From: an uncultured Pseudomonadota bacterium
GTDB lineage: Bacteria; Myxococcota_A; Polyangia; Fen-1088
NCBI GenBank assembly: GCA_963847705.1
Contig: CAWKBC010000033.1
Coordinates: 1 to 19,182, forward strand
Length of the DNA: 19,182 bases
Direction: 5' to 3'
Part shown: one piece after another, positions 8,975-17,422 of the stretch
Position numbering within the stretch: position 1 is the stretch's first letter
Layout of the letters: each line of letters begins with the position of its first letter
Notes under the pieces: model-generated
What the model was told of the DNA's origin: nothing
What the model saw: only the letters and a program-made list of their open reading frames with translations
The model's database searches: none
Program-made: the position numbers and the translations under genes

Positions 8975-10342
8975 ATGAGGGGAGCTGATTCTTCGGTCGC
9001 CGGCGGTCTGCGCATCCTGATCGTCGACGACGAGAAAAACATCCGGGCGACGCTGGCCGTCTGTGTGGAAGGGCTCGGGGCCGAGGCGCTGGCCGTCGGC
9101 ACCGGCGACGCAGCCCTGGCCGCGATCGGCCGGCAGCCCTATGACCTGGCCTTCGTCGACCTGGCGCTGGGGACCGAGAGCGGCCTCGACCTGCTCCCCA
9201 AGCTGCTGGGCGAGGAGGCCAGCCTGGCCATCGTCCTCATCACCGCTTACGGCACCATCGAGACGGCCGTGGAGGCGATGCGGCGGGGCGCCTGGGACTA
9301 CCTGCCCAAGCCGTTCACGCCGGCGCAGATTCGCCACCTGATCGATAAGTTCAAGACGCAGCGGCACCTGACCGCCCGGGTCGCGGAGCTCGAGCGGCGG
9401 CTGGCCGAGGAGGTCCCCGACGTCGAGATCGCCAGCAAGTCGGCGGCCATGCACGCCGTGCTGGACATGGCGGCGCGGGTCGCCGCCACCGACGCCCCGG
9501 TCCTGATCACCGGGGAGAACGGAACCGGCAAGAGCATCCTGGCGCGGGCCATCCACCGCCAGAGCCCGCGGAACGCCGCGCCGTTCATCGTCACCAACTG
9601 CCCCACGCTGTCGGAGGAGCTGCTGGCCAGCGAGCTGTTCGGCCACGTGAGAGGTGCGTTCACCGGCGCGGTCCGCGATCAGGCCGGCCGGGTCGAGGTG
9701 GCCGAAGGGGGGACGCTGTTCCTCGACGAGATCGGGGAGATCCCGCCGTCGCTGCAGAGCAAGCTGCTCCGTTTTCTGCAAGAGAAGGACTTCGAGCGGG
9801 TCGGGGAGACCCGCACCCGCCACGGCAACGTGCGCATCATCGCCGCCACCAACCGGGACCTGGAGGCCGACGTCAAGGCCGGGCGTTTTCGGGAGGATCT
9901 CTTCTATCGTTTGAACGTGGTGGAGGTGCGGATGCCGCCCTTGCGCGAGCGGCGCGAGGACATCCTGCCGCTGGCCCGCGCCTTTCTGAGCAGCTTCACC
10001 CGGGCCACCCGCCCGATGGCGCCGGAGATCTCGGCCGCCGCGGCGATGGCGCTCGAGCAGCACGACTGGCCCGGCAACGTCCGCGAGCTGCGCAACACCA
10101 TCGAGCGGATCGCCATCCTCTGGCCGACCTCGGTCGTCGAGCCGGAGGCCTTGCCGAACCGGGTGCCGCGGGCGGCCCAGCGCCGGCCCACCGTCGGCGG
10201 CGACTTCACCGTCGACGACGTCGAACGCGAGCACATCCAGTCGGTGCTGGAGCGGGTCCCCAAGGTCGAGGACGCCGCCGCGCTCCTGGGGATCGACGCC
10301 TCGACGCTCTGGCGGAAACGCAAGAAGTACGAAGGGACGTAG
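8975..10342 (+). CDS. Sigma-54-dependent NtrC-family response regulator (AlgB-like): REC-AAA+-Fis HTH
   Basis: REC domain (ILIVDDE, FVDL, LPKP); Walker A GENGTGKS; [13 protein letters not shown]; Walker B FLDEIGE; WPGNVREL; C-terminal [15 protein letters not shown]. Confidence 0.95.
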   Translation: MRGADSSVAGGLRILIVDDEKNIRATLAVCVEGLGAEALAVGTGDAALAAIGRQPYDLAFVDLALGTESGLDLLPKLLGEEASLAIVLITAYGTIETAVEAMRRGAWDYLPKPFTPAQIRHLIDKFKTQRHLTARVAELERRLAEEVPDVEIASKSAAMHAVLDMAARVAATDAPVLITGENGTGKSILARAIHRQSPRNAAPFIVTNCPTLSEELLASELFGHVRGAFTGAVRDQAGRVEVAEGGTLFLDEIGEIPPSLQSKLLRFLQEKDFERVGETRTRHGNVRIIAATNRDLEADVKAGRFREDLFYRLNVVEVRMPPLRERREDILPLARAFLSSFTRATRPMAPEISAAAAMALEQHDWPGNVRELRNTIERIAILWPTSVVEPEALPNRVPRAAQRRPTVGGDFTVDDVEREHIQSVLERVPKVEDAAALLGIDASTLWRKRKKYEGT

Positions 10343-10345
10343 GTC

Positions 10346-11623
10346 GTGAGCCGGCCGGGCGAGCTCAATCGCCTCAACAATCGCCCGGAGGACTTCCTGG
10401 AGATGCTCCGGCGCGCCAAGCGCGGCCGGCTCAAGCTCTACATCGGGTTCGCCGCCGGCGTCGGCAAGACCTACCGGATGCTGGAGGAGGCGCACGCGCT
10501 CAAGAAGCGCGGCGTCGACGTGGTGCTGGGGTTCGTGGAGACGCATGGCCGCGCCGAGACCCAGGCCCTCATCGAAGGGCTCCCGGAGGTCCCACGCAAG
10601 GTGACGCAATACCGCGGCGTCGCCCTGGAAGAGATGGACCTGGAAGGGTTGATCGAACGCCACCCGGAGATCACGGTGGTCGACGAGATCGCGCACACCA
10701 ACGTCCCCGGGAGCCGCAACCGCCGCCGCTACCAGGACGTGCTGGCGCTGCTCGACGCCGGGATCAACGTCATCGGCGCCTTCAACATCCAGCACCTCGA
10801 GAGCCTGAACGACGTCGTCCAGCGGGTGACCGGCGTGGCCATCCGGGAGACGGTCCCTGACAGCTTTCTCAAGCGGGCCGACCAGGTGGTGAACCTGGAC
10901 CTGGCGGTCGAGGATCTGATCGAACGGCTGCAGGCGGGGAAGATCTACGCCGCCGACAAGATCCCCTGGGCGCTGGAGCACTTCTTCACCGACCGCCACC
11001 TGGCCACGCTGCGGGAGCTGGCGCTGCGCGAGGTGGCCGAGAGCCTCGACCGCGGTGACCGCCGCCGGAACGAGGAGGCGGAGCGGGCCGACGGAGAGTC
11101 GGTGCGCGGCGCCTCGGGCGGGGGCCTCGGGCGGGTGATGGTCTGTATGTCGTCGTTCCCCACCCGCGCCAGCGCCCTCTTGCGCCGGGGCTCACGCTTC
11201 GCCGGGCGCCTCAACACCGACTGGTTCGTGGTCTATGTCGAGACGCCACGGGAGGCGCCGCACCTCATCGACGCCGAGGCGCAGCGCCACCTCCTGGCCA
11301 ACGCCGAGAGCGCGCGCGAGCTCGGGGCGGAGGTGGTTCACCTCAAGGCCGACGACCCGGTCCCCGCCCTGCTCGACTTCGCCCGCTCGCACGGCGTCGG
11401 GCAGATCATCGTCGGGCGCTCCCGGGCCGCCTGGTGGCGGCAGCTGCTGGGCCGGACCATCGCCATGCGGCTGGTCAAAGAGGCGGACGGCCTCGACATC
11501 CTGATCGCCTCCATCGACGAGGAGCCGGCTCGTCCCAGCCCCGGACCGCTCAGGGAGCCGGCGCCCACCGCCGCCGCGACGGACGGCGCCGAGAGGAACG
11601 GCGCGCGGGGGTCACGACCATGA
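10346..11623 (+). CDS. kdpD: Stand-alone KdpD N-terminal domain + USP domain protein (no TM or histidine-kinase domains)
   Basis: GRLKLYIGFAAGVGKTYRML (Walker A), ETHGR, VVDEIAHTN (Walker B), RYQDV, NIQHLESLND, LRELALR, then a USP domain (VMVCMS...IIVGRS). It ends in a low-complexity tail with no TM helices. Confidence 0.93.
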   Translation: MSRPGELNRLNNRPEDFLEMLRRAKRGRLKLYIGFAAGVGKTYRMLEEAHALKKRGVDVVLGFVETHGRAETQALIEGLPEVPRKVTQYRGVALEEMDLEGLIERHPEITVVDEIAHTNVPGSRNRRRYQDVLALLDAGINVIGAFNIQHLESLNDVVQRVTGVAIRETVPDSFLKRADQVVNLDLAVEDLIERLQAGKIYAADKIPWALEHFFTDRHLATLRELALREVAESLDRGDRRRNEEAERADGESVRGASGGGLGRVMVCMSSFPTRASALLRRGSRFAGRLNTDWFVVYVETPREAPHLIDAEAQRHLLANAESARELGAEVVHLKADDPVPALLDFARSHGVGQIIVGRSRAAWWRQLLGRTIAMRLVKEADGLDILIASIDEEPARPSPGPLREPAPTAAATDGAERNGARGSRP

Positions 11624-13464
11624 CCCTGCGCGCGAAGATCCTCCTGGCGCAGACGCCGCTGGCCGGGGCGCTCCTGCTCATCGCCATCCTGTCGGCGCTC
11701 ACCAGCGCGACGCTGGGGCGCAGCGCCGCCTCGATCCTGCAGGACAACTACCGCAGCGTGCTGGCCGCCGAACAGATGAAGGAGGCGCTGGAGAGGATCG
11801 ACAGCGCCGCCATGTTCATCGTCGCCGGCGAGCGGACGCGCGGGCTGGCGCAAGCCGAACAGAATATCGCGCGCTTCGAGCAACAGCTGGCGATCCAGCA
11901 GAGCAACATCACCGAGCGGGGGGAGCCGGAGGCGACCACCGCGCTCCGCCGCGCCTGGAGCGACTACCACGGCGCCTACGATCGCTTCGTCACCGGGACC
12001 GATCACGCGGCGCTGGAGGCCAACTATTTCAAGACCATGAACCCGCTCTTCGTCGCCACCAAGGACGCGGCGAACCGGATCCTCAACCTCAATCAGGACG
12101 CGATGGTCCGCAAGCGCGATCAGGCGCGCCGGGCCTCCGAGCGCTCCAACGCGGTCATGATCGCCACCGCCCTGCTGGCGTCGCTCATCGGCCTGGCTGC
12201 GTCGACGGTGCTGACCAACCGGATCCTCCGCCCGCTCTCGGTCCTGGGGCAGGCCGCGCGGCGCCTCGGAGAAGGGGACATGGAGGTCCGCGCCAAGGTG
12301 AGCCGGCAGGACGAGATCGGCACCCTGGCCCGCGACTTCAACCTGATGGCCGATCGCCTGGCCCAGTACCGCCACAGCTCGCTGGGGGAGCTGCTGCAGG
12401 CGCAGCAGCAGGCGCAGGCGGCGATCGACAGCCTCCCCGATCCGGTGCTGATCTTCGATCTGGAGGGGCGCCTCCTCAGCGGCAACCGCGCCGCCGAGCG
12501 CATCCTGCACGTCAGCGTCGAGGAGTCGACGGGCGAGCCGATGGCCCGCGCCGAGCCCCAGATCAGAACGGTGGTCGAGCGGGTGCGGCAAAAAGCCCTG
12601 GCCGACGAAGCCGGCTACGCGCCGGCTGGCTTCGACGAGGCGGTGCGGGTCAGCGTGTCGAGCAGCGAGGGGAACGATCTGTTCCTGCTGCCGCGCGCCT
12701 CCCGCGTCACCACCGAACAGGGGGGGCTGGTGGGCGTCACCATCATCCTGCAGGACGTCACCCGGGTGCTCCGTTTCGACGAGCTGAAGAACAACCTGGT
12801 CGCCACCGTCGCGCACGAGTTCCGGACGCCGCTCACCTCGCTGCGCATGGCGGTGCACCTGTGCGCCGAGGAGAGCGTGGGCCCCCTCAACGACAAGCAG
12901 CTCGATCTGATGCAGGCGGCGCGACAGGACACCGAGCGGCTGCAGCAGATCGTCGACGACCTCCTGGATCTGTCGCGCATCCAGTCGGGGCGGATGGAGC
13001 TGCACCGCCGCCACGTCAGCGCCGAGTCGCTGGTGCGAGAGGCCGTGCTCCCCTTCGCGGCCGCCGCGCGCGACAAGACCGTCACGCTCAAGACCGAGCT
13101 GTTCCCGGGGTTGGGCGAGATCGACGTCGACACCGAGCGGATGCAGCTGGTCCTGGCCAACCTGATCGGCAACGCCATCCGCTACACGCCGGCCGGAGGA
13201 ACGGTCTTCGTGCGGGCGCGCCCCACCGACAGCGCGACGATCCTGGAGGTCGAGGACACCGGCCCCGGCATCCCCAAGCAGTACCAGACCGCCGTGTTCG
13301 ACAAGTTCTTCCGCATGCCGGGCAGCGGCTCGGGCGGCGCGGGCCTCGGCCTCTACATCGCCAAGGAGATCAGCATGGCTCACGGCGCCCGCCTCAGCCT
13401 CCAGAGCGAAGCCGGTCACGGGAGCCTGTTCTCGATCGAGCTGCCTGCGGCCAGCGCCGCCTAG
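11620..13464 (+). CDS. Membrane sensor histidine kinase (KinB-like): TM-helical extracytoplasmic sensor-TM-HAMP-PAS-HisKA-HATPase
   Basis: The start ATG overlaps the kdpD stop (ATGA, 11620-11623). HAMP DEIGTLARDFNLMA; PAS AAIDSLPDPVLIFD; H-box AHEFRTPLTS; N box NLIGNAIRY; G1 DTGPGI; G2 GAGLGL. Confidence 0.95.
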   Translation: MTLRAKILLAQTPLAGALLLIAILSALTSATLGRSAASILQDNYRSVLAAEQMKEALERIDSAAMFIVAGERTRGLAQAEQNIARFEQQLAIQQSNITERGEPEATTALRRAWSDYHGAYDRFVTGTDHAALEANYFKTMNPLFVATKDAANRILNLNQDAMVRKRDQARRASERSNAVMIATALLASLIGLAASTVLTNRILRPLSVLGQAARRLGEGDMEVRAKVSRQDEIGTLARDFNLMADRLAQYRHSSLGELLQAQQQAQAAIDSLPDPVLIFDLEGRLLSGNRAAERILHVSVEESTGEPMARAEPQIRTVVERVRQKALADEAGYAPAGFDEAVRVSVSSSEGNDLFLLPRASRVTTEQGGLVGVTIILQDVTRVLRFDELKNNLVATVAHEFRTPLTSLRMAVHLCAEESVGPLNDKQLDLMQAARQDTERLQQIVDDLLDLSRIQSGRMELHRRHVSAESLVREAVLPFAAAARDKTVTLKTELFPGLGEIDVDTERMQLVLANLIGNAIRYTPAGGTVFVRARPTDSATILEVEDTGPGIPKQYQTAVFDKFFRMPGSGSGGAGLGLYIAKEISMAHGARLSLQSEAGHGSLFSIELPAASAA

Positions 13465-13595
13465 CGTCGTCGCCTCGAACCTGGTGAGTCTCAGTCCTGG
13501 CGGACGTTGCCGAGGTGGCCCAGGAACCTTCGGACACCCACGGCCGAGCGCTCGCTTGTACACCGGACCCTCCATCGAGGTTAGACTTGGCCCCC

Positions 13596-14348
13596 ATGCC
13601 GTCCGAAGACGATCGCCCCACCGGCCTCGGCCGCCCCGACCGGGCGGCGCAGGCGCGGGTGCACGATGCGCGAGAGCGGGCGATCGCCACGCTGTCCGAG
13701 GGGTTCGCCAACGACGCGCTCGACGTGGAAGAGTTCGAGCGCCGGGTGACGCTGGCGCACACCTCCGACTCGCCCCAGGAGATCGCCGCCCTCACCTCCG
13801 ATCTGCCGGCCTCGACGACCGCGCTCGCCAAGGCCACGGTCGCCCTGGCGCCGGCGACCGCCGAGGGCGGCGGCGCGCCCGAGACCGTCTACGCGATCTT
13901 CGGCGGCGTCGACCGCCGCGGGACCTGGAACGTGCCGCGCCGCTGGCGGGTGGTCGCCGCCTTCGGCGGTGCGCAGCTCGACCTGCGCGAGGCGCGCTTT
14001 CCCACCGGCGTCATCGACCTGGAGGTCAAGGCCGTCTTCGGCGGCGTGCAGATCATCGTTCCGCCCGGCCTGGCGGTCGAGGTGCACGGCACGGCCATCA
14101 TGGGCGGCTTCCAGAACGTGAACCGCGCCCCGGCGCACCCCGATCCGGACGCGCCGCTCCTGCGCATCCATGGCCTCGCCCTCATGGGGGGCGTGGACAT
14201 CACCATGCGGCTCGCCGGAGAGAGTGAACGGCAGGCGCACCGTCGGCGAAAGGTCGAGTCTCGCCAGGAACGGCGCGCGCTGCGCGACGAGCAACGCGCG
14301 GACCGGCGCCACCAGCGCGCCCTCGATCGCGTCCGCGACGAGCGCTAG
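13596..14348 (+). CDS. DUF1707 (SHOCT-like) + LiaF/DUF2154-like beta-domain protein
   Basis: N-terminal ARERAIATLSEGFANDALDVEEFERRV...LTSDLP; C-terminal repeats AIFGG/AAFGG/AVFGG/AIMGG/ALMGG with LDLREA and IIVPPG. I chose ATG 13596 as the start. Confidence 0.8.
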   Translation: MPSEDDRPTGLGRPDRAAQARVHDARERAIATLSEGFANDALDVEEFERRVTLAHTSDSPQEIAALTSDLPASTTALAKATVALAPATAEGGGAPETVYAIFGGVDRRGTWNVPRRWRVVAAFGGAQLDLREARFPTGVIDLEVKAVFGGVQIIVPPGLAVEVHGTAIMGGFQNVNRAPAHPDPDAPLLRIHGLALMGGVDITMRLAGESERQAHRRRKVESRQERRALRDEQRADRRHQRALDRVRDER

Positions 14349-14366
14349 ACGGCGCATCAGGCCATC

Positions 14367-15575
14367 GTGCATCTGGTTCCGCTGCTCACGGTCGCGATCG
14401 CAGCGGGCATCCTTTACGGAATCAACCGGCGCCTCGGCGGCCTTCCCGCCACCATCGGCGTGACGGTCTGGGCGCTCCTGGCCTCGCTGGCGCTGGTGGC
14501 GGCCGGCGCGCTCGGCTCGCCCGTGCATGACTTCGCGCGCCAACTGGTGGCGCGGCTGCATTTCCGCGAGACGTTGCTCGATCGGATGCTCTCGCTGCTG
14601 CTGTTCGCGGGGGCCCTGGAGGTCGACCTCGACGCGCTCCTCGGTGAGAAGGCGCTGGTCGCGCTGCTGGCGACCGTCGGCGTGGTGATCTCCACGGTGA
14701 TCGTCGGGGGAATGACCCTGGTGGTGGCGCGCCTCTGCGGTCTCCCGCTCTCTCTCCGCCAAGGCCTGCTGTTCGGAGCGATCGTCTCGCCGACCGATCC
14801 GATCGCTGTCCTCGGCATGCTCCGCACCGCACGCGCGCCCAAGCAGCTCGAAGTCCAGATGGCCGGCGAGTCGCTGTTCAACGACGCGGTCGGTGTCGTC
14901 GTCTTCTTTGCCATGCTCGAAATCGCCGCCGGCCACACCGTCGGCGTCGGCGCCGTCACTCTGTCGTTCCTCGAGCAGGTCGGCGGCGGCGCCGCTCTGG
15001 GCCTGGGCGCCGGGTGGCTCGCCAGGAAGATCCTTCGTTCGATCGACCGCGCCGGCCCCCACCTTGCCGTCGTGGTGACGCTGGTGATCGCGGTCGGACT
15101 GAACCCGCTGGCCGAGCATCTCCACGCCTCTGGCTATCTGGCCATCATCATCGCTGGCCTCATGCTGGGCGGTCTGCCGACCCGCTCCCACCTTCATCAC
15201 TTCTGGGAGATCGTCGACGAAGTCCTCAACGTCGTGCTTTTCACCATGGTCGGGTTCGTGGTTCTGGTGATCCCGTTCACCGCGCGCGTCATCGGCGCGG
15301 GCCTGCTGGCGGTCCCGGTGGTGCTCCTCGCGCGCCTGGTCGTGGTCGGTGGAACGCTGGCCCCTTTCGCGCGGCGCTTGAGCTTGCCGCCGCGCTCGAT
15401 CGCCATCCTCACCTGGGGAGGTCTGCGCGGTGGCCTGGCGATCGCGCTCGCCCTCTCGGTCGGACCGGAGATCTCGGCCGCCCCGGTGCTGCTGGCGATG
15501 ACCTACGTGGTGGTCCTCTTCTCGATCGTCGTGCAGGGGTTGACCTTCAGGCGCCTGCTGCCACCTCCGACGTAA
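14367..15575 (+). CDS. CPA1/NhaP-family Na+(K+)/H+ antiporter
   Basis: Multi-TM protein with LLFAGAL, GAIVSPTDPIAV, AGESLFNDAVGVV and TWGGLRGGLAIALAL. Confidence 0.92.
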   Translation: MHLVPLLTVAIAAGILYGINRRLGGLPATIGVTVWALLASLALVAAGALGSPVHDFARQLVARLHFRETLLDRMLSLLLFAGALEVDLDALLGEKALVALLATVGVVISTVIVGGMTLVVARLCGLPLSLRQGLLFGAIVSPTDPIAVLGMLRTARAPKQLEVQMAGESLFNDAVGVVVFFAMLEIAAGHTVGVGAVTLSFLEQVGGGAALGLGAGWLARKILRSIDRAGPHLAVVVTLVIAVGLNPLAEHLHASGYLAIIIAGLMLGGLPTRSHLHHFWEIVDEVLNVVLFTMVGFVVLVIPFTARVIGAGLLAVPVVLLARLVVVGGTLAPFARRLSLPPRSIAILTWGGLRGGLAIALALSVGPEISAAPVLLAMTYVVVLFSIVVQGLTFRRLLPPPT

Positions 15576-15585
15576 TATCCACCGC

Positions 15586-16662
15586 ATGCGCAGCTTTGCT
15601 TCTGTCCGCGTCCCTGTCCCCGTCGTCGTCCGTCTCCTCATCCCGGTCCTTTTGGGCCTGGGGTTCGGCGCCTGTGTGATCCCGCCCGGGCCGGCGACCC
15701 TCCCCGCCTCCGGCGCCTCCGGCCAGCCGCACGCCAGCGTGACCGCCCCGCGCCTGAAGGGGGAGAACCCGTTCAAGGACGCCTACTGGGTGCTCGACGC
15801 CGAATCGAACGCCCGCCGAACCGCAGACCAGTGGCGAAGCTCGCGTCCCGAGGACGCGGTTGCGATGGACAAGATCGCCGGTCAGCCCTCGGCGGCCTGG
15901 ATGGGGAACTGGTTCCCGCAAATCGAGATGGCGGTGAAGACCTACGTCTGGAGCCGCACCCGCGGCGGCGGCCTGCCGGTGATGATCCTTTACAACCTCC
16001 CCTTTCGCGACTGCGGCGGCTACTCGGCCGGCGGCGCCGGCTCGGCGGCCGGCTATCGCAAGTGGATCGACAACGTCGCAGCCGGGGTCGGGTCGCGCCG
16101 CGCGGTGTTCGTGCTCGAGCCCGACGGCCTGCCGCTCCTGACCAAGTGCCTCAAACCCGACAAGCAGCAGGAACGGGTGGCGATGATTCGCTACGCCGTC
16201 GAGAAGCTGACCTCGCTGCCGGGCGCCGCCGTCTACATCGACGCCGGCCACTCGGCCTGGGTGCCGGCGGCCGACATGGCGCCACGCCTGAAGGCGGCCG
16301 GGATCGATCTCGCCGATGGCTTCGCGCTCAACGTCTCGAACTACCAGGCGACGCCCGATCTCCTGAAGTACGGACATACGCTGTCGGCGCTGCTCGACGG
16401 CAAGCACTTCATCATCGACACCGGCCGCAACGGCAACGGCGCGCCGCAAGGGGTCTCCGGCGACGACGAGCGTGCCTGGTGCAACCCCGACGGACGCGCC
16501 CTCGGCACGCCCCCCACCACCAACACCGGCGATCCGCTGTGCGACGCGTTTTACTGGCTCAAGCCACCGGGCGAGTCCGACGGCCGCTGCAACCACGGAC
16601 CGGCCGCGGGCAACTGGTGGCCCCAAAAGGCGCTGGAGATGGCCCGCAACGCCAAGTGGTGA
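15586..16662 (+). CDS. Glycoside hydrolase family 6 (endoglucanase-like), predicted lipoprotein
   Basis: Motifs YNLPFRDC, VLEPDGL, YIDAGHSAW, GFALNVSNY, IDTGRNGNG, WCNP and WLKPPGESDG. A hydrophobic N-terminus ends in FGAC (Cys30). Confidence 0.92.
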   Translation: MRSFASVRVPVPVVVRLLIPVLLGLGFGACVIPPGPATLPASGASGQPHASVTAPRLKGENPFKDAYWVLDAESNARRTADQWRSSRPEDAVAMDKIAGQPSAAWMGNWFPQIEMAVKTYVWSRTRGGGLPVMILYNLPFRDCGGYSAGGAGSAAGYRKWIDNVAAGVGSRRAVFVLEPDGLPLLTKCLKPDKQQERVAMIRYAVEKLTSLPGAAVYIDAGHSAWVPAADMAPRLKAAGIDLADGFALNVSNYQATPDLLKYGHTLSALLDGKHFIIDTGRNGNGAPQGVSGDDERAWCNPDGRALGTPPTTNTGDPLCDAFYWLKPPGESDGRCNHGPAAGNWWPQKALEMARNAKW

Positions 16663-16674
16663 AGGAAGCGGCGG

Positions 16675-17112
16675 CTATTCGCCGTACCTCAGCCGCTCCA
16701 GATCGTCGCCGAGGTCGATCTCCTCGACGATGTCGACCACCAGCTCCTGAAATTCTTCCGCCGGTAGGCCGAGCCCCTCACCGACCGCGCGCAGCTGCGC
16801 GTCCTCGGCGAAGTCGATCTCCCCGTCCGAGGCGTGGACCGCCGCAACCAGCTCGATGAGCCGCTTCTTCAGCTCCTTCGAGTCGCGGGCGAAGGCGCCG
16901 AGCGTCTTGGCGCGATCGAACTTCGCGGGCTCGAACTCGTCGATCCGGAAGTCGAGATCCATCGGCAGGGTCTGCACATCCAGGATCTCGCGCAGGAGGC
17001 GCTTGACCGCCATCCTCTCCTCGCCTTCGAGGTGGTCGTCCGCATAAGCGGCATCCATGAGGAGGTCAGCCAGAAGCGGCAGTCGATCCGGGAGTTGGTC
17101 TTTCAGGCTCAT
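16675..17112 (-). CDS. TerB-family (tellurite-resistance-like) protein
   Basis: Paired motifs AAYADDHLEGEE and VHASDGEIDFAED...GLGL; SD AGGAG 8 nt before the ATG. Confidence 0.85.
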   Translation of the reverse strand: MSLKDQLPDRLPLLADLLMDAAYADDHLEGEERMAVKRLLREILDVQTLPMDLDFRIDEFEPAKFDRAKTLGAFARDSKELKKRLIELVAAVHASDGEIDFAEDAQLRAVGEGLGLPAEEFQELVVDIVEEIDLGDDLERLRYGE

Positions 17113-17186
17113 GTCGCGATCTCCTGCCGCCCGGGCGCCGCTGTCAAGCAGGCTCGGGAGGCCTCAAGTCCCGCAGAGGCCCGTCG

Positions 17187-17297
17187 ATGCAGAATCTCAT
17201 GACCCGCGCCCTCCTCGCCGTCCTGCTGCTGGCGATCCCCTTCGTCACCTCGGTCGTCCTCGGTCGTCGCGCCGGGCATCCCGACATAGGCAGCTAG
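17187..17297 (+). CDS. Putative 36-aa small membrane peptide (MQNLMTRALLAVLLLAIPFVTSVVLGRRAGHPDIGS)
   Basis: Translated by hand; SD-like AGAGG at 17175-17179; one hydrophobic segment followed by RR; mostly G/C-ending codons in the core. Confidence 0.45.
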   Translation: MQNLMTRALLAVLLLAIPFVTSVVLGRRAGHPDIGS

Positions 17298-17422
17298 CTC
17301 GACAGCCAGCCACCGACCGAGCCCCTCCCGACGCGCGGCGACCTCCCGTTGCTACGCGGTGCGGCGGAGCTCGTCCGAACGTCGTTGGCAAAGCGGCCGG
17401 GGGAGGTTAATGTAGGTGCGGT

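Noticed and set aside
10346-13464. kdpD as a frameshifted pseudogene
   Set aside because: The downstream kinase has its own ATG, an N-terminal TM and a sensor-HAMP-PAS architecture unlike the 4TM-GAF part of KdpD. The ATGA overlap indicates two coupled genes.
1693-15776. Long antisense ORFs (1693-3543 +, 4470-6281 -, 6260-8323 -, 8873-10999 -, 11338-13575 -, 13581-15776 -)
   Set aside because: They mirror well-supported genes on the opposite strand and have no recognisable motifs; these are shadow ORFs caused by codon bias.
4193-16662. Mobile genomic island carrying kdp-nhaP-GH6
   Set aside because: I saw no integrase, transposase, tRNA or flanking direct repeats, and no evident compositional shift.
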